Source: Octopus bimaculoides (Eukaryota). From it: a stretch of DNA of 33,029 bases. The stretch's first letter is position 1; every line of letters starts with the position of its first letter. Under the pieces are notes generated by a model. It was not told where the DNA came from and made no database searches. It saw only the letters and a list, made by a program, of their open reading frames with translations. A program made the position numbers and the translations under genes. The stretch is from the NCBI RefSeq assembly GCF_001194135.2, contig NC_069004.1, forward strand, positions 27,428,209 through 27,461,237, read 5' to 3'. Positions 22,307 to 31,989 of the stretch are shown in pieces.

Positions 22307-22622
22307 AAGAGATTGGTTGGGAAAAAATCCTCTCCCAACCTTGCTTCTTCAGACTACCATTTGTTTTGTAGTTTACAGAATCATTTTGGGGGAACATAAC
22401 TTTCGCAAGCGAGGAGGAGATCGAAACTGACATTTCAGAGTTCTTCGCTTTGAAACCAAAAGAGTTTTACATTGATGGGATTAAAAAGCTTGTGAATAGA
22501 TGAAAGGAAATCATAGATAATCAGGGAAAGTACATTGATGATTAAATTTCAATTAATTATGACATTTGATCACTTGTTTTCTTTATTCAAAGTTCGGACA
22601 GAACTTATGGCATGACCTAATA
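22307..22622 (+). mobile_element. Second mariner transposase C-terminal remnant with 3' TIR
   Basis: With frameshifts: IGWEKI..SPNLASSDYHLFCSLQNHF../TFASEEEIETDISEFFALKPKEFYIDGIKKLVNR*KEIIDNQGKYIDD*. Ends cggacagaacttatggcatgacctaaTA. Confidence 0.88.
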
Positions 22623-22623
22623 C

Positions 22624-22865
22624 TTCTTATTCTAATAATTTTTTAATAGTAATTATCTTATCGGTTTATTTTGCCGAGTTGCTAAGTTACGGGAACGTAA
22701 ACAAACCTGCATAAGGTTATGAAGCTTATTCTACTAATTTTTTGATAGTATTTATTCTATCGATCACTTTTGCCGAGCCGCTAAGTTACGGGGACGTAAA
22801 CTATCACAGATTATCAAGCAGTAGTGGTAAGACAGACACAGACACAAAGACACACACACACATAT
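22624..22865 (-). mobile_element. SINE family A 3' module with a local tandem duplication of about 100 bp
   Basis: cttattcta...ttttgccgag..gctaagttacggg.acgtaaac occurs at about 22627-22702 and about 22724-22801. Confidence 0.75.
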
Positions 22866-22987
22866 ACATACACGTATACATATACATGCATATATATATA
22901 TATATATATATACATACATATATATACATATATATACATACATATATATACATACACACACACATACACATTTATATATATATATAC

Positions 22988-23030
<43 letters not shown>

Positions 23031-23052
23031 CATGCATGCATACATACATACA

Positions 23053-23084
<32 letters not shown>

Positions 23085-23196
23085 AATACATGGCCGCACT
23101 CAATTGACTGAAACAAATAAAAGAATAAAAGAATACATATATTTATACATATATTTACATAGATACATACAATACATACATACACACATACATACA

Positions 23197-23236
<40 letters not shown>
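22850..23236 (+). repeat. Compound TA/CA/GATA/TACA/TG microsatellites, including a family A tail at about 23088-23135
   Basis: Direct simple repeats; catggccgcactcaattgactgaaacaaataaaagaata tail. Confidence 0.9.
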
Positions 23237-23237
<1 letters not shown>

Positions 23238-23392
23238 TGAGCTTCCGCACAATTTCCGTTCACCAAATTCACGTACAAGTCATTAGTCGATCCAGGACTT
23301 TAGAAGACACTTGCCTAAGGTGCGGCACAGTTAGACTGAATCCGAAGCCACGTGGTTTCCAAATGAATCTCTTAGCAACACAGCCATGCCCG
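23237..23392 (-). mobile_element. SINE family A, 5' half
   Basis: agaagacacttgcctaaggtgcggcacagttagactgaatccgaagccacgtgg...cacagccatgcc is the reverse complement of the head and core. Confidence 0.8.
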
Positions 23393-23764
23393 AACTTGTT
23401 AGTTAATAATTTTATTCTGTAAAGCTATTTCAGTTAATGTATATACTTTTCCTCGTTGGACTGGGTTTTGTGCTGGACTTATTACATCAATGCTACTATA
23501 ATTCTATAACTATACCATTTTAGATACATGTAGGAATATTTGGCAGTCACAAAACACTAAGAAATTGAACCCGGATCAGCATCCGAAGAAAAAAAAGAAT
23601 AAACAAAAGATAAACTAAGTAACACGAACGCGATTCGCTCAAATGATGCTGACGTCATCAAAACATTACCCATTCAAAGCTTCAAGTAGAAAAGGATTAC
23701 ATTCTTTGTGCGCTTTTTCTGACAAGAAAATCGATTAAGTATTTAACGTACTTAAGCGACTAGA

Positions 23765-23920
23765 GCAGAGGATCTTAACCGGGGTCCGTATGACCGTTGT
23801 GGTGTCTATATAACATGTTGCTATTGAAGTTTATAAACAATGAATTGGTTATACTTCAACAAAAGACAAAATATTTTAACAATTTTTTAATACATTTCTC
23901 AATATTTAATTCTAAAACTA
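23765..23920 (+). mobile_element. Possible hAT-type MITE 5' end
   Basis: cagaggatcttaaccggggtccgtatg resembles CAGGGGTTCTCAACCGGGGTCC ends. The partner end was not seen and may lie in the gap. Confidence 0.35.
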
Positions 23921-24023
23921 TACAGTTCTATATTTAAGAGATGAGGAATTATGTACATTATTTACATTTGACGGATATTTGTCCTCTTCTTGTTTGTTGT
24001 TAACACAACTTTTCGGCTGATAT

Positions 24024-24605
24024 NNNNNNNNNNNNNNNNNNNNNNNNNNNNNNNNNNNNNNNNNNNNNNNNNNNNNNNNNNNNNNNNNNNNNNNNNNNNN
24101 NNNNNNNNNNNNNNNNNNNNNNNNNNNNNNNNNNNNNNNNNNNNNNNNNNNNNNNNNNNNNNNNNNNNNNNNNNNNNNNNNNNNNNNNNNNNNNNNNNNN
24201 NNNNNNNNNNNNNNNNNNNNNNNNNNNNNNNNNNNNNNNNNNNNNNNNNNNNNNNNNNNNNNNNNNNNNNNNNNNNNNNNNNNNNNNNNNNNNNNNNNNN
24301 NNNNNNNNNNNNNNNNNNNNNNNNNNNNNNNNNNNNNNNNNNNNNNNNNNNNNNNNNNNNNNNNNNNNNNNNNNNNNNNNNNNNNNNNNNNNNNNNNNNN
24401 NNNNNNNNNNNNNNNNNNNNNNNNNNNNNNNNNNNNNNNNNNNNNNNNNNNNNNNNNNNNNNNNNNNNNNNNNNNNNNNNNNNNNNNNNNNNNNNNNNNN
24501 NNNNNNNNNNNNNNNNNNNNNNNNNNNNNNNNNNNNNNNNNNNNNNNNNNNNNNNNNNNNNNNNNNNNNNNNNNNNNNNNNNNNNNNNNNNNNNNNNNNN
24601 NNNNN
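24024..24605. other. Assembly gap (N-run)
   Basis: N bases. Confidence 1.
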
Positions 24606-24679
24606 GAGGAGAGGAGGAGGAGGAGAGGAGAGGGAGGAAGAGGAGAGGAGAGGGAGGAAGAGGAGAGGAGGAGGAGGAG

Positions 24680-25090
24680 GGCTATCCACTCGTGACAGTA
24701 GAAGACCATCACTGACCATTGCCCATGCAAAACGATGCCAGCAATGACCTTGCATAAGGTTATCGCAATCAGTAGTCAGCTTTACCCGAGTTCGAGTTCG
24801 CATCCGCTGTTTCCATGTTCGTCTCGTCACGGCACTCTTCCTATTCGACCAGGCATTTGATAGTTGCCTCGCCGGCGATTGCACTACCTAAAATTTCAGG
24901 TCCAATGAAGCTTACACAGCACCCCCACGGACCTTCTCCGCCCTACTGACATGATCCAGAGACAAACCAGAGCAAGATATCCAGGGCCAATATGGGAACG
25001 CCATAATCTCAAGCGCAAGCAAAAGATCTCCAAAATGTCCGATGCCATTCCCTGCTTTAGGAGAATGCCACTCTGATATAAAACCAGGAT
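24680..25090 (+). mobile_element. Unclassified dispersed repeat, copy 3 of 3
   Basis: Homologous to 21685-22005 (+) and 13620-14075 (-), with a 32-bp segment inverted at 25056-25087. Confidence 0.7.
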
Positions 25091-25189
25091 CTTACTGCAA
25101 CATACAATATAATTCTAGATCCTGTATAATTCCAGGAGTGGATTTAATGGCGGCGTCAGATTAAGTATCTGACTTCAAATAAATACAGG

Positions 25190-25290
25190 CAGTGGTTTAT
25201 TTGACCAAATCTTTCAAGGCGGTGCTTCAGCATGGCCGCAACCAAATGACTGAAACAGGCTAAAGAACTAAAGAACGAAAGAATTGAAGA
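25190..25290 (+). mobile_element. SINE family A 3' tail
   Basis: ttcaaggcggtgcttcagcatggccgcaaccaaatgactgaaacag. Confidence 0.8.
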
Positions 25291-25309
25291 ATAAATTAAG
25301 TACTTTTGC

Positions 25310-25545
25310 TTATTCTTTTTTTCTTTTTTTTTACTTGTTTCAGTCATTAGACTGCAATTATGCTGGGACACGGCTTTGAAGGGTTTTAGTCGGGCAAATC
25401 GATCCTAGGACTTATTTTTGAAAGCCTGGTACTTATTCTATCGGTATTTTTGCCACACCGCTAGGTTACGGAGACGTAAACACATCGATACCGGTGGTCA
25501 AACAGTGGTGAAAGAGAAACACAGACACGAAGATACACAGACATA
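25310..25545 (-). mobile_element. SINE family A 3' half
   Basis: cttgtttcagtcatt...ggtacttattctatcgg...gctaggttacggagacgtaaac is the reverse complement of the 3' module. Confidence 0.85.
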
Positions 25546-25560
25546 CATACATACATATAT

Positions 25561-25564
<4 letters not shown>

Positions 25565-25651
<87 letters not shown>
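25565..25651 (+). repeat. (CA)n microsatellite
   Basis: Pure dinucleotide run. Confidence 0.98.
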
Positions 25652-25654
<3 letters not shown>

Positions 25655-25679
25655 ACATATAATTATTTACTTAAAGGAT

Positions 25680-26290
25680 ACAATACATGACTTTAAGTGC
25701 AACTAATAGTTTCATATGTTGAGAAATATCTCAGATATATTCATCAGGCACAAACCGCATATCACAAGGAACTAAAAATATTGAATAAGACAAGAAACGC
25801 GAAAAACTGAAAAGGCAGCATATAGAAAACGTGGGAGGTTAAAAAAACGGAAAATGAAAAGAGTTATCTTTCTTAGATCTTAAATTATAAGGCTGGAAAG
25901 ATATCAACAAGTTAATCAAGAATATGCGGGATTTTCCAATTCTTCAAAATAACTTAGATCTGAACAGGATCTGCATTCTTTCAGCTAAACAAAGCCTACA
26001 TTTGTTCGATCCATTAACATGAAGTTTGGATTCCTCAATTATTTTCCACTTCATCGCATGTCGTGTTTCGTTATCTTTCAAATTCCATATGTAGCTAGCC
26101 AACGTAGTATCTTTGCTTTTGTCCTTATGTCGGAAGAAAGTTATATGATTGGCATGGCGATTTTTGAATTCGCCTTCACATAATCCAATATTGGTCCTCT
26201 TATATGTTGTATTATATATACATATATAAGAAATTAACTGCGTAAAAGTCAATACGAAGAGTATTCCATCCAATGAGAGTTCAATATTAC
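25680..26290 (-). mobile_element. Penelope-like element 3' fragment: GIY-YIG endonuclease remnant plus 3' region with hammerhead
   Basis: ORF 25944-26273 reads ...NIGLCEGEFKNRHANHITFFRH...TTLASYIWNLKD...KWKII...NGSNKCRLCLAERMQIL, the YIG-half/C-terminal signature of PLE GIY-YIG domains. No RT present. Confidence 0.88.
25697..25751 (-). ncRNA. Minimal type-I hammerhead ribozyme motif
   Basis: Minus strand: GUGC-CUGAUGA-AUAUAUCUGAGAUAUUUCUCAACAUAU-GAAAC-UAUUA-GUU-GCAC. Stem I is GUGC/GCAC; stem II is AUAU...UGAGA(UAUU)UCUCA...AUAU; stem III is short; the core is intact; the cleavage triplet is GUU. Confidence 0.75.
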
Positions 26291-26300
26291 TAAATGCTTC

Positions 26301-26359
26301 AAATACATGTACTTATCGCCCTACTAATAGTTTCCCGTACATGTGTATGTTCAACAGGC
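26301..26359 (-). ncRNA. Degenerate hammerhead motif (left arm of inverted repeat)
   Basis: Minus strand gc-CUGUUGA-acauacacauguacgg-GAAAC-uauua-GUA-gggcg. Core A6 changed to U and stem I is broken. Confidence 0.5.
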
Positions 26360-26384
26360 ATTTACTTGTTCACATTTTCGATTG

Positions 26385-26428
26385 GCGCCTGATGAACGTA
26401 CGCATGTACAGGAAACTGTCAGTAGCGC
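26385..26428 (+). ncRNA. Minimal type-I hammerhead motif (right arm of inverted repeat)
   Basis: GCGC-CUGAUGA(26389-26395)-ACGUACGCAUGUACAG-GAAAC(26412-26416)-UGUCA-GUA-GCGC. Stem I is GCGC/GCGC; stem II has a GUAC/GUAC core with an imperfect base; cleavage triplet GUA. Confidence 0.62.
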
Positions 26429-26489
26429 GATAAATACATGTAGTTGAAACGTTTAGTAATATGTGCGTGTGTATGGATGTATGTATGTA

Positions 26490-26672
26490 TGTATACGACG
26501 GGATTCTTTCAGTTTCCATCTACCAAATCCACTCACAAGGCTTTAGTCGACCCGAGGCTATACTAGAAGACATTTATTTGCCCAATGTGCCACTCAATGG
26601 GACTGAACCCGGAAACCATATGGTAGAGAAGCAAACTTCTTATAATACAGTCATGCTTGCGCCCTTATGGAA
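26490..26672 (-). mobile_element. SINE family A, 5' half
   Basis: tacgacgggattctttcagtttccatctaccaaatccactcacaaggctt...gggactgaacccggaaccatatgg is the reverse complement of family A. Confidence 0.88.
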
Positions 26673-26999
26673 ACCTTCTATGTTACTACTGCCACAAAAG
26701 ATCGGCTGTTTCCGCCAATCCTACGTTACGGTTTCCGTCTATAAGTATTACATATATATAATTCTAGTCGTTTACTTTCTCACATTCTGTCTCAATGATA
26801 GACTAAATACGACACTTGAAAATCTCATGTTCTGGTAAGAAAAGTCCTAGTAAATTGTTTTCTTTTCAAGTTCAGTGTGATGATGTCTCTCTCTTAACAG
26901 AGAAGCTGTCAAATAATGTCTGTATCAATGTTATATCATTGCTTTGTGTTGATGCGTATTTGTGTGCAAGTATATGTGTGAATGTGTGTGTAGTATGTA

Positions 27000-27129
27000 T
27001 GTATTTATGTAAGCATCTTCGTATAAAAATATATATGTGCATATGTATATATATATATACATACATAATACATACATAATACATACATATATATATATAT
27101 GTATTTATAATATATGTATGTGCATAATT

Positions 27130-27163
<34 letters not shown>

Positions 27164-27250
27164 CTGAAAGACACACAGACGCACGCATGCACATACACAC
27201 ATATACACATGTATGCAGGCATTTTTACACATATAAGTATGAATATGTGT

Positions 27251-27310
<60 letters not shown>

Positions 27311-27396
27311 ATTTGTGTCTGCACGTTTGTATATACATGTGTGTATGTGTGTATACAATAAGAGTAAGGGAGAGAGAGAGAGAGACAGATAGACAA

Positions 27397-27478
<82 letters not shown>

Positions 27479-27480
27479 TG
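27000..27480 (+). repeat. Compound TA/GATA/TG/GA/(CAGA)n microsatellites
   Basis: Direct simple repeats. Confidence 0.93.
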
Positions 27481-27796
27481 CCACACACCGACAAACAGAA
27501 ATATTGCTGTCACAGCTTACTTAAATTAATTTTTAATTATTTATTGAATATTTTCAATGACAAAGTAAATCTCGGTCTTAGATGAATTGAGATGTGATTG
27601 TAAAGTACTTGTTTCTATTATTCACACACACATACACATCACCACCACCACACACACATGCATAGATGCGCAAACATACACATATACACGCACACACACC
27701 CACGCACATATACATGTATATATATATACATATATATATATCAACATATATATTATACATACATACATATATATATATGTATACGTATGTATATAT

Positions 27797-28758
27797 NNNN
27801 NNNNNNNNNNNNNNNNNNNNNNNNNNNNNNNNNNNNNNNNNNNNNNNNNNNNNNNNNNNNNNNNNNNNNNNNNNNNNNNNNNNNNNNNNNNNNNNNNNNN
27901 NNNNNNNNNNNNNNNNNNNNNNNNNNNNNNNNNNNNNNNNNNNNNNNNNNNNNNNNNNNNNNNNNNNNNNNNNNNNNNNNNNNNNNNNNNNNNNNNNNNN
28001 NNNNNNNNNNNNNNNNNNNNNNNNNNNNNNNNNNNNNNNNNNNNNNNNNNNNNNNNNNNNNNNNNNNNNNNNNNNNNNNNNNNNNNNNNNNNNNNNNNNN
28101 NNNNNNNNNNNNNNNNNNNNNNNNNNNNNNNNNNNNNNNNNNNNNNNNNNNNNNNNNNNNNNNNNNNNNNNNNNNNNNNNNNNNNNNNNNNNNNNNNNNN
28201 NNNNNNNNNNNNNNNNNNNNNNNNNNNNNNNNNNNNNNNNNNNNNNNNNNNNNNNNNNNNNNNNNNNNNNNNNNNNNNNNNNNNNNNNNNNNNNNNNNNN
28301 NNNNNNNNNNNNNNNNNNNNNNNNNNNNNNNNNNNNNNNNNNNNNNNNNNNNNNNNNNNNNNNNNNNNNNNNNNNNNNNNNNNNNNNNNNNNNNNNNNNN
28401 NNNNNNNNNNNNNNNNNNNNNNNNNNNNNNNNNNNNNNNNNNNNNNNNNNNNNNNNNNNNNNNNNNNNNNNNNNNNNNNNNNNNNNNNNNNNNNNNNNNN
28501 NNNNNNNNNNNNNNNNNNNNNNNNNNNNNNNNNNNNNNNNNNNNNNNNNNNNNNNNNNNNNNNNNNNNNNNNNNNNNNNNNNNNNNNNNNNNNNNNNNNN
28601 NNNNNNNNNNNNNNNNNNNNNNNNNNNNNNNNNNNNNNNNNNNNNNNNNNNNNNNNNNNNNNNNNNNNNNNNNNNNNNNNNNNNNNNNNNNNNNNNNNNN
28701 NNNNNNNNNNNNNNNNNNNNNNNNNNNNNNNNNNNNNNNNNNNNNNNNNNNNNNNNNN
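27797..28758. other. Assembly gap (N-run)
   Basis: N bases. Confidence 1.
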
Positions 28759-28804
<46 letters not shown>

Positions 28805-28976
28805 CACAAGTACACGCGTGTGTGAATGTATGTACGTATACATATGTATATTTTGTGTGTATGTGTGTGTATATATAATATAAACATACACATTCGTACG
28901 TATATACATACATATGTGTGTGTGTGTGTGTGCGCGCGCTCGCATGTATGTTTGCGCGCGTGTGTGTGTGTGTGAC

Positions 28977-29007
<31 letters not shown>

Positions 29008-29250
29008 ATATGTATATATATTTATATATATATACACATATATGTGTGTGTATATATATACACATATATATATGCGTGCATATATATATACACATATATA
29101 TATGCGTGTATGTATATATACACATATATATATGTGTGTATATATATATATATACACATACACACATACACACACACACATACACATATATTCATACATA
29201 CGTACAGATTAGCACATATACTCATATACTCATATACAAACAGATATATA
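28759..29250 (+). repeat. Compound TA/TG/CA microsatellite
   Basis: Direct simple repeats. Confidence 0.93.
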
Positions 29251-29684
29251 ACTGTTTACCTTTATTTACGCTTTGCTTCCGGCTCTTTTTTCTATGCTGT
29301 CTTATTTTTACCATTATTAGATCTATCTTTACAACGTATTTTCATAGTGCAGAGGTTTTTGTTGAAACAAGCCGAACCTGATTGGGCAGTTAAACAGACC
29401 TTTTTGTTTCTGTTTTTTTTTTTTAGTTTGTTTTCCAGCTTATTTTTTTTATTAATTTTTGCTTTATTCTGTCTTGTTTATTTTAATCGAAGTCGTTTCT
29501 ACGTTGGCTGCGAAAGAAGATCTTAGAAACGATTCTCCAAATAAGTTTTAGCAAATAATTCTTCGTTAAGCTTAGTATTGTAGTATCGGTTTGATGGTAA
29601 TGACTAGCGAAATGAGTGAAGACGAAAATGGCGGCGGAGACAGACGACGATGATAATGCTTATCTCTAGGTCACTTCTTACTAA

Positions 29685-29952
29685 AGTGGAGGCGCAATGG
29701 CCCGGTGGTTAAGGCAGCGGAATCGCGGTCATAGGATCGCGATTTCGATTCCCAGACCGGGCGTTGTGAGTGTTTATTGAGCGAAAACACCTAAAGCTCC
29801 ACGTGGCTCCGGCAGGGGATGGTGGCGAACCCTGCTGTACTCTTCCACCACAACTTTCTCTCACTCTTACTTCCTGTTTCTGTTGTGCCTGTAATTCAAA
29901 GGGTCAGCCTTGTCACACTGTGTCACGCTGAATATCCCCGAGAACTACGTTA
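29685..29952 (+). mobile_element. tRNA-derived SINE with a different head and body but the same 3' module as 604-932
   Basis: A-box tggcccggtgg, B-box-like tttcgattccc; cctgtaattcaaagggtcagccttgtcacact-gtgtcacgctgaatatccccgagaactacgtta matches the reverse complement of about 718-785. Runs into a gap. Confidence 0.82.
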
Positions 29953-30274
29953 NNNNNNNNNNNNNNNNNNNNNNNNNNNNNNNNNNNNNNNNNNNNNNNN
30001 NNNNNNNNNNNNNNNNNNNNNNNNNNNNNNNNNNNNNNNNNNNNNNNNNNNNNNNNNNNNNNNNNNNNNNNNNNNNNNNNNNNNNNNNNNNNNNNNNNNN
30101 NNNNNNNNNNNNNNNNNNNNNNNNNNNNNNNNNNNNNNNNNNNNNNNNNNNNNNNNNNNNNNNNNNNNNNNNNNNNNNNNNNNNNNNNNNNNNNNNNNNN
30201 NNNNNNNNNNNNNNNNNNNNNNNNNNNNNNNNNNNNNNNNNNNNNNNNNNNNNNNNNNNNNNNNNNNNNNNNNN
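29953..30274. other. Assembly gap (N-run)
   Basis: N bases. Confidence 1.
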
Positions 30275-30299
30275 TCAGATGCAGTATATTTAACACAGT

Positions 30300-30568
30300 A
30301 AAAGCGCGTGGCGTAGTGGTTAGGCCGTTGCACATGCGATCGCTAGATCGTGGGTTCGATTCCCAGACCGAGCGGCGCGTTGTGTTCTTGAGCAAATTTC
30401 GTGTTGCTCCAGTCTCCCTTTCGATCAGTGGGGAATGTTGCTCTGCTCGCCTATCCAGCGGAGTGGCATCATTCGAAGGCTAAAACGATTCAAAGCACAT
30501 TGTGACCAGCGATGTGTAACAACATCTGATTGTCTGCTCGGTCACGTGATCACGTGATCACGTGATAT
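30300..30568 (+). mobile_element. tRNA-derived CORE-like SINE ending in (TCACGTGA)3
   Basis: A-box tggcgtagtgg, B-box gggttcgattccc, a truncated cttgagcaa...gttgctccagt core, a unique 3' body and a tandem 8-mer tail. Confidence 0.82.
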
Positions 30569-30627
30569 CTTGGACTACATTTTAGCTTTCACATAGTAAT
30601 GTGATTTTTTTAAAAAATAGGTATAAG

Positions 30628-30962
30628 CGCTGGCGTGGCTGTGTGGTAAGACGCTTCCTTCCTAACCACGTGGTTCGGGGTTCAGTCTCATTGCGTGGCA
30701 CCTTGGGCAAGTGTTTTCTACTATAGCCTCGATCCGACCAAAGCTTTGTGAGTGGATTTGGTAGACAGAAACTGAAAGAAACCTGTCATATATATGTATG
30801 TGTGTGTGTGTGTCTATGGATTAGTGATGAGAATCACGGCTTTCAATCCCAGACCAGGTAGCACGTTCTGTCCCTAAAAAAGGTACATCATTTCACCTGC
30901 AACTGGGAGCTAACTTTACGACGGATTAGCTTCCCAACCAGTAGAGTATCTTGTAATCTCAC

Positions 30963-31000
<38 letters not shown>

Positions 31001-31295
31001 TCCATATCTCTCTCCCTCTCTTTCTCTATTCCCCCCTCTCTCTCTCTCTCTCTCTCTCTTTCTTTCTTACTTGCTTAATGTCCCAGAATCAGCACTACCG
31101 CTTCTCAACCGGTGCTAGTGTGTTTACGTTCTCGTAACTTAACTGTTCGGCAAAAGAAACCCGATTAAATAAGTACCACACCTTAAAAAATAATAAGTAC
31201 TGGGGATCGATGCATTCGACTAAAAAAAACTCTTCGAGGCGGTGCCCCAGCATGACCGCAATCTAATGACTGAAACAAGTAAAAAGATAAAAGTT
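30628..31295 (+). mobile_element. SINE family A split by a nested SINE and (CT)n
   Basis: 5' half at 30628-30812; 3' module resumes at about 31085 (gcttctcaaccggtgctagtgtgtttacg...ggtgccccagcatgaccgca...actgaaacaagtaaaaaga). Confidence 0.82.
30814..30962 (+). mobile_element. Short tRNA-derived SINE (family D) followed by (CT)n
   Basis: tggattagtga...tttcaatcccagaccagg...aaaaaagg...caactgggag.taacttta; an inverted homolog lies at 31428-31560. Confidence 0.7.
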
Positions 31296-31427
31296 TTAAA
31301 AAAAAGATCTAGGCTCATTAAGCCAGACCTTTACCTTTGATTCTGGGACGTTAAGTAATTAAGAGATAGTGGGAGAGAGAGAGAGAGAGAGAGAGAGAAA
31401 TAGAAAGAGACAGACAGATACAGAGAG

Positions 31428-31560
31428 AGTGCAAGGCACTCCGCTGGTCGGGGAGATAATGTCATAAAGTTAACTCCCAGTTGTTGGTGAAACGAAGTGC
31501 CTTTTTTAAGGACTCACCGTGCTTCCCGGTCTGGGATTCGAACCCGTGCTTCTAACCACC
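31428..31560 (-). mobile_element. Short tRNA-derived SINE (family D), inverted copy
   Basis: Reverse complement ggtggttagaagcacgggttcgaatcccagaccgggaagcac...aaaaaaggcac...caactgggagttaacttta, followed on the minus strand by (CT)n. Confidence 0.72.
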
Positions 31561-31989
31561 TTCATCGTTATAAGAATACTTGCCAATTATATTGAGAAAC
31601 TAGAAGGTAATCAACGTAAGAGCTGAGCAATGTGGAATCAAGCTCAAGGTTTGAGAAATTCCTGACTTTTAGATTTTAGACAAGGATGAGAGGAAAAGAT
31701 GCCAGACGAACACAACAATGTTATTTCATGTGAATGTTTCTTTCTTGAAGTGGAGATTAAGTTGCTTTGAAATAGAGACGAGCAAAGCATATTCGCAGTT
31801 GTATCAAAAATGAGGCCAAGTATTTCTCTAAATGGAGCATATAGAACAAGAGTGGGGAACTTTAATGGTGTCAGGGACGAGCAGTAATTGAGCAAAGAAA
31901 AAGAACAGTTGGGTGCATTTATACTGAAGACAAACAGTAATGAAACTTTAATTTAACAAAATTCATAGTGAACCAAATTATATCGGATT

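Noticed and set aside
23650-23657. TGACGTCA (CRE palindrome)
   Set aside because: A single 8-mer can occur by chance in 33 kb, and there is no supporting context.
29625-29637. AAAATGGCGGCGG, a YY1-like or start-codon motif
   Set aside because: The frame from this ATG closes after a few codons, and there is no CpG-island or promoter context; an isolated motif is not evidence.
29685-30375. tRNA-like sequences with A and B boxes (also at 604-932, 3560-3640 and elsewhere)
   Set aside because: They lack a complete cloverleaf and acceptor stem and continue into SINE bodies, so they are SINE heads rather than tRNA genes.
31644-31895. 83-aa minus-strand ORF in non-repetitive sequence
   Set aside because: It has no recognisable motif and no clear splice signals, and its length is within chance expectation.
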